From a bacterium (lineage in GTDB: Bacteria > Zhuqueibacterota > Zhuqueibacteria > Zhuqueibacterales > Zhuqueibacteraceae), in NCBI GenBank assembly GCA_044869275.1, contig JBIOXB010000197.1, positions 22,806 through 86,805 of the forward strand: DNA of 64,000 nt, in the 5' to 3' direction. The translations under genes and the position numbers were made by a program. Within the stretch, counting starts at the first letter, position 1. Each line of letters starts with the position of its first letter. Positions 59,297 through 64,000 of this stretch are shown piece after piece. The notes under the pieces are model-generated. The model made no database searches. It was given only the letters and a program-made list of their open reading frames with translations, and had not been told where the DNA came from.

Positions 59297-59550
59297 GCGA
59301 GCTCTCGCGTTGAAATTTCGAGGTCACGGATTTGAACACAAGCTATAAAAAATTGCGCATGATGCCAAATGAATTTTCCATGGATTTTCGTGCGGCAAAG
59401 GGCTTGCTTTTGTGGCAATCTCGTTTAATTTTGGAAGGAGTCGCTTTTTTTGAGGCCCGCAATACCCACGAAAAAGGCAGAGAATCTGCCTCCACCGATT
59501 TGCGTTATGGAGACTTTTCGCGTGGTTTTACGTTTTGCGCGGGCCAGCAA

Positions 59551-60486
59551 ATGGCATCGAGCGAACACATGCCCTATCGCGAAGGGTTCGCATTAGCCGG
59601 CGCCTGGCTGATCGAACACGAAAGAGTTGTGGCGCAATATCCGCGAGAGAGCCAGAGCACGCGGATTTGGGAAGAACGCCAGCGCGTGGGCGGCGAAGCA
59701 TTCGGCTTGGCATGCCACTGGCGCAGCCATGCCACGGATTTGCCCTTGTATGCGATCGGCAGCGTGGGCGAAGACGATGACGGCCACACCGTGCTTTCCG
59801 CCTGCCATCAACTCGAAGTGGATACCTACCAGTTGCATGCCCATGCCGCAGCGGCGACCGCACATGCCGAAATCATGGTTTCCGGTGAGAACGCCAGCCA
59901 CACGTGCTTCTATCTTGCCGGCGCTAATGATGCGCTGGGTCTCGCGCAATTTGATTTTCGCCATTGCCTCGCGCGCTGGTTCCATCTTGGTGATTTGCAT
60001 TTGCTGGCGCAACTGAGCCGGCGTGACGAAGAATTCGGAACCATGGCCGGTGCGGTGCTGCATCGCGCGCGCGCCGCAGGTCTGATCACGTCGCTTTCCT
60101 TGACGGCGCCGGCAGAGGGTTTTGATGCAGAAGCCCGGGCAAGAACCTTTTCCCAAACGGACTATCTGATTCTGTCGCAAGAAACTTTGGCCGCGATCAC
60201 CGGCATGATTTCGGATCACCACACGACTTCCCGCCGCCAATTATGGGAGGCTGCGGCGCAGGAGATCTTGGCACAAAGCGCGAATTCCGGTGTCGTGGTG
60301 CACGCGGCCGAAGCATGCTGGTACGTTTTGTGCAATGGGGATAACCTATGGCGCGAATGCGCAGCGCAAACGATGACGCCAAATCCAGCGCCGGAATCGC
60401 ACTCACGTGAGCGGACAGCTTGGGTGGCGGATTTTCTATACCGTCGCTACTGTGATCTTGCCCATGCACCAGTCGAAAAAATGTGA
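59551..60486 (+). CDS. Degenerate PfkB-family carbohydrate kinase-like protein
   Basis: GG.AF, AIGSVGEDDDG, GAN..L, TDYLIL..E; lacks the GAGD catalytic motif. Start uncertain. Confidence 0.6.
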   Translation: MASSEHMPYREGFALAGAWLIEHERVVAQYPRESQSTRIWEERQRVGGEAFGLACHWRSHATDLPLYAIGSVGEDDDGHTVLSACHQLEVDTYQLHAHAAAATAHAEIMVSGENASHTCFYLAGANDALGLAQFDFRHCLARWFHLGDLHLLAQLSRRDEEFGTMAGAVLHRARAAGLITSLSLTAPAEGFDAEARARTFSQTDYLILSQETLAAITGMISDHHTTSRRQLWEAAAQEILAQSANSGVVVHAAEACWYVLCNGDNLWRECAAQTMTPNPAPESHSRERTAWVADFLYRRYCDLAHAPVEKM

Positions 60487-60495
60487 AGAGGCCAC

Positions 60496-60861
60496 GTGCT
60501 CCACGCCTGCCAGTCCTTGCAGGACTTCGAACAGCTGCTGCAGAATAGCCATCACCGGCCGGTGTTTTTGTTCAAGCATTCTTCCGCATGCTTGACCTCG
60601 GCGCGGGCGTGGAGGCATTTTGCGAAATTTGCGGAAGAGCAAAGCGGCGCCGAATATTGGGCTGTGCAGGTCATCAAACAGAGGTCGCTTTCGCAAGAAA
60701 TCGCACGGCATGCCGGTGTTCAGCACGAATCGCCGCAAGTTTTGCTGTTTCAGAACGGCCAAGTGCTCTGGCACGCTTCGCATGGCCGCATCACCGCCAA
60801 TGCTTTGGGGGAGGGGTTACAATCGCTGCAAAAGGAATCTCCCGGCCTGGAGGCGGGTTGA
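60496..60861 (+). CDS. ytxJ: Bacillithiol system redox-active protein
   Basis: LFKHS..C..S, R.LS.EIA...GV.HESPQ.LL, WHASH..IT; next to bshC. Confidence 0.88.
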   Translation: MLHACQSLQDFEQLLQNSHHRPVFLFKHSSACLTSARAWRHFAKFAEEQSGAEYWAVQVIKQRSLSQEIARHAGVQHESPQVLLFQNGQVLWHASHGRITANALGEGLQSLQKESPGLEAG

Positions 60862-60870
60862 GTTTGGTGT

Positions 60871-61599
60871 TCAGGCTTTGGGTATTCGAATGGCATCCGG
60901 AATTTGCCAATCAATCACCGCTTTTCCCGCTTTGAGCAATGCGGCGTTGGTCCTGGAGAATGGCCTGCTGCCGAAGAATCCCCGGTTGGCTGAAAAGGGC
61001 GAAGGATGGGACGAGCAAATAATCACGTGCCGCTTGCGATCAATGAGCTGCAATTTCTGCTGGGCATAGTTGCCCCAGAACAAAAAAACCACCGGGCCCT
61101 TTTTGGCGTTGACCGCGTGAATGATGGCATCCGTGAATATTTCCCAGCCCTGGTTTCGGTGTGAAGCCGGTTCATGTGCCCGCACCGTCAGTACCGCATT
61201 CAGCATGAGCACGCCCTGTTTTGCCCAATGTGTTAAATGGCCGTGGCGCGGAATTCCAAAGCCGAGGTCCTTTCGCATCTCTTTGAAGATATTCATGAGC
61301 GAACGCGGCGGCGGAACACCGGGTCTCACCGAGAAGCACAGCCCATGAGCTTGTTGCTCGTCGTGGTAGGGATCCTGCCCCAACAGCAAGACCTTGACTT
61401 TTTTGTAGGGCGTGAGCCTGAGCGCAGCAAAAATCTCATTTTCCGCAGGGAAGACGATACATTTCTTTCGTTCTTTTTGCAGAAACCTTTGCAGCTTATG
61501 ATAGTAGGGCTTTTTGATTTCATCGGCGAGCACGGCCCTCCAGCCAGCCGGAATTGCGGGGGTCATTTCTACTTTCTCATTCTCCTCTTCTGGCGGCAT
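60871..61599 (-). CDS. ung: Uracil-DNA glycosylase
   Basis: GQDPYH, AHGLCFSV, PPPRSL.NI, WAKQGVLMLN, HPSPFS. Confidence 0.97.
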   Translation of the reverse strand: MPPEEENEKVEMTPAIPAGWRAVLADEIKKPYYHKLQRFLQKERKKCIVFPAENEIFAALRLTPYKKVKVLLLGQDPYHDEQQAHGLCFSVRPGVPPPRSLMNIFKEMRKDLGFGIPRHGHLTHWAKQGVLMLNAVLTVRAHEPASHRNQGWEIFTDAIIHAVNAKKGPVVFLFWGNYAQQKLQLIDRKRHVIICSSHPSPFSANRGFFGSRPFSRTNAALLKAGKAVIDWQIPDAIRIPKA

Positions 61600-61624
61600 T
61601 TGGCATTTATTGCTACAATTCTAA

Positions 61625-61772
61625 TTTGACAATGTTAAGTTAGTCCCAAAGCCCTCATTCTTTGTCATTCCGGAGGAATCTTCCCAAGAAGCCTGCACCG
61701 GAGCCTGGGGAAGACCCCGAGGTTTCGGGATGACAGATCGGGATGGCGCGAGTTTAACTTAACATTGTCAAG
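61625..61772. mobile_element. MITE-like element E1
   Basis: 17-bp perfect inverted repeats TTGACAATGTTAAGTTA (61626-61642/61755-61771), CTAA on both flanks, internal GTCATTCC...GGGATGAC hairpin. Confidence 0.7.
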
Positions 61773-61776
61773 CTAA

Positions 61777-61912
61777 CGGATGCTGAAAAACTCTTTCCAT
61801 GTCATCCCCCGAAGGCGCGCGTCCAGAAATTGCAAGGAAATCATAGATTCCTCCCGCAGCGGCGGGACGGGAATGACAATCTTGGGTGAGTTGTGAGTTT
61901 TTCAGCAACCTG
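61777..61912. mobile_element. MITE-like element E2
   Basis: Inverted repeats GGATGCTGAAAAACTC / GAGTTTTTCAGCAACC, CTAA on both flanks, internal GTCATCCC...GGAATGAC hairpin. Confidence 0.7.
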
Positions 61913-61952
61913 CTAAAAGCCTTTCAGCCGTGAGCGGTCTTGCGAGTCAAAA

Positions 61953-63389
61953 TCACAGTTTCAGGCAGACATTCTTCGGCGTGGTAAAGAAGCGCAGCGC
62001 CTCCCACCCGCCTTCGCGCCCCACGCCGGAGTGTTTCTCGCCGCCGAATGGCGTGCGTAGATCGCGCAGCATCCAGCAATTGATCCAAACAATGCCGGAT
62101 TGCATTTGATTCGCGAGACGATGCGCGCGCGTGAGGTTTTCCGTCCAAATGATCGCAGCCAGGCCATAAGTTGTGCTGTTGGCATATTGCAGCACTTCCG
62201 CTTCGGAATCGAATGGATGCAAGGTCACGACTGGACCAAATATCTCTTCTTGATTGGTGCGGCAGTCGAAAGGCAGGTTTTCAATCACGGCAGGCTCGAC
62301 GAACCAGCCGTTCTGACAACGCCCGGCCACACGCACCCGCCTACCACCGCACAAAACCTTGCCGCCTTCGTCTTGCGCTAATGCAATATAGGAAAGAATC
62401 TTTTCTAAATGTTGCGGCGACACCACCGCTCCGATTTGTGTCTCGGCTTGGAGTGGATCATCGATTTTGAGCCTTTGCGTACGCGCCAAAAAATCCTCGC
62501 GGAATTTGGCATATAACGACCGCTCCACAAAAATGCGCGAGCCGCACAAACAGATTTGCCCTTGATTGGAGAAAGAAGAACGAATGCTGGTCGCGAGCAT
62601 TTCTTCGTAGCGGCAATCGGCAAAAACGATGTTGGGGTTTTTGCCGCCCATTTCCAGGGAAAGTTTTTTGAACATGGGCGCGGCCGCGCGTGCAATCTCC
62701 GCGCCGGTGCGCGTGCTGCCGGTGAAGGAAATTGCTTTGATCGCGGGGTCTTTTGAAATCGCCTCGCCCACTTTATGGCCATAGCCGTACACAATATTCA
62801 AAACCCCGGCCGGCAAGCCCGCCTCGTTGCAAAGCTCAGCCAATAAATATGCCGTCATCGGCGTTATTTCGGAAGGTTTGCCGATCACACAATTGCCCGC
62901 GGCGAGCGCCGGGGCAATTTTCCATGTGAACAGATAAAGCGGCAGATTCCAGGGCGAGATCCCGGCAACCACGCCCAGCGGCTGCCGCAAAGTGTAATTG
63001 ATCGCACTGTTTTCCATGGCGTGCGCTTCGCTGGCAAAATGCTGCACGCCGCTGGCGAAGAAGCGAAAGTTGCTCGAGGCGCGAGGAATATCCACGCTGC
63101 GCGCGAGCGCAAGCGGCTTGCCCGTATCGATCGATTCCGCCAGCGCCAGCTTTTCCAAATTTTGATCGATCAAATCTGCGAGGCGCATCAAAACTTTCGC
63201 GCGCTGCTCGGCCGGAGTCGTCGACCACTTTGGAAAGGCCCGCGCGGCAGCTTCAACGGCAAGGGCAACGTCGCGCACGTCGGAATCCGGCGCGCGTGTA
63301 TAGAGTTCACCGCTGGCGGGATTGAAGGTGTCAATATATTGGTTCGAAATCGGCGCGGCAAACTCGCCGTCAATATAGTTGCTGATCAT
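61953..63389 (-). CDS. Aldehyde dehydrogenase, 2-aminomuconic/2-hydroxymuconic semialdehyde dehydrogenase-like
   Basis: ISPWNLPLYLFTWKIAPA, FTGST, LEMGGKN, NQGQICLCGSR, EEIFGPV, NCWMLRDLRTPFGG. Confidence 0.92.
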   Translation of the reverse strand: MISNYIDGEFAAPISNQYIDTFNPASGELYTRAPDSDVRDVALAVEAAARAFPKWSTTPAEQRAKVLMRLADLIDQNLEKLALAESIDTGKPLALARSVDIPRASSNFRFFASGVQHFASEAHAMENSAINYTLRQPLGVVAGISPWNLPLYLFTWKIAPALAAGNCVIGKPSEITPMTAYLLAELCNEAGLPAGVLNIVYGYGHKVGEAISKDPAIKAISFTGSTRTGAEIARAAAPMFKKLSLEMGGKNPNIVFADCRYEEMLATSIRSSFSNQGQICLCGSRIFVERSLYAKFREDFLARTQRLKIDDPLQAETQIGAVVSPQHLEKILSYIALAQDEGGKVLCGGRRVRVAGRCQNGWFVEPAVIENLPFDCRTNQEEIFGPVVTLHPFDSEAEVLQYANSTTYGLAAIIWTENLTRAHRLANQMQSGIVWINCWMLRDLRTPFGGEKHSGVGREGGWEALRFFTTPKNVCLKL

Positions 63390-63555
63390 GGTCGTCTCTC
63401 AACACAGGGTAAGCATTCCGCCCTATCCCTTGGTTCCTCGGTGGATGCCGTTCTGGGGTTGTGGCTTGCATCGGGAATTCCTTTTCATATCAGTCGTGAT
63501 CCAAAAACGCGAGGCGTAAAAAAGTCGTGCTTTTTCTGCAACGATCTGACTCGAA

Positions 63556-63879
63556 TTAATCCGCCTTTTCCCGCGGCAGGTGCCGTTCGCGAATCTCCTC
63601 CAGCAAACCGCCATGCCCAAGGCGGATCAAATCGCGGCGGGTGAGGCGATCGCCAGCCAGCAAACGTGGAAGCACCACATCGAAGGCATTTCTCTTGAGC
63701 GAGCGCACGCAGCCCGGCAGTCCGACGATCGGCACGTGATCGCGGTACCCAATCAGCAGCAAATTACCGGGATCGACCGGCACTCCGAAAAGCTCAACCT
63801 TTCCGCCGATTTGTGCGATCGCCGAAGGCACGACATCGTAGCGATCGATGATGGCAGTCATGCTGGCAATCAGAATTAG
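63556..63879 (-). pseudogene. Molybdopterin-binding (MoCF/MoeA-like) protein, C-terminal part, apparently interrupted
   Basis: DRYDVVP.AI, G.PVDPGNLL, GLPGC.RS.K.N.FD.VL.RL, G.GGLL.EI..R..PRE. Similarity stops at about 63879. Confidence 0.65.
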
Positions 63880-64000
63880 GGGCTGCTGAAAAACCCATTT
63901 GATGACATCTAAAACTGGTCTGGCCCGACGAGGGCTATCGTTCTTTGACAAACTTGGATCAGATTCTGGCGGCCGCGAGCATGATGTTGCGGCTGAATAA
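63880..64000 (-). mobile_element. Probable end of an IS (IS5/IS1182-like), partial
   Basis: TTAG followed by GGGCTGCTGAAAAACCC, matching the E2 terminal repeat and target. A minus-strand ORF end, LFSRNIMLAAARI*, lies at 64000-63959. Confidence 0.5.

Overview
A 64 kb, GC-rich, gene-dense bacterial chromosomal segment. The gene content (PorV/PorQ barrel, T9SS-type sorting tail, GWxTD protein, bacillithiol genes) suggests an FCB-related diderm such as KSB1 or Calditrichota; this is an inference. Housekeeping and stress genes include uvrA, ung, rsgA, bshA/bshB1/bshC/ytxJ, an MscS channel, a gamma-glutamyltransferase, a MacAB-like exporter without an ATPase, two radical SAM enzymes, a hybrid PAS histidine kinase, and an ECF sigma factor with a Ser/Thr kinase. 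A 12 kb minus-strand outer-membrane operon (FadL-like barrel, TonB-dependent receptor, CTD-tailed surface protein, PorV-like barrel, two lipoproteins, GWxTD protein) is preceded by a switch-like structured leader. There is also a eukaryote-like sphingolipid delta-4 desaturase. The non-coding DNA is unusually structured. It holds about 14 degenerate 6-9 nt tandem repeats, most forming hairpins, one of them in frame inside the kinase. It also holds MITE-like elements stacked at a CTAA target, REP-like palindromes, a hairpin conserved in front of two CBS paralogues, and a probable IS end at the right edge. Several genes are decayed by deletion or frameshift. No rRNA, tRNA or CRISPR array was recognised. 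All calls are by eye, with no database searches.
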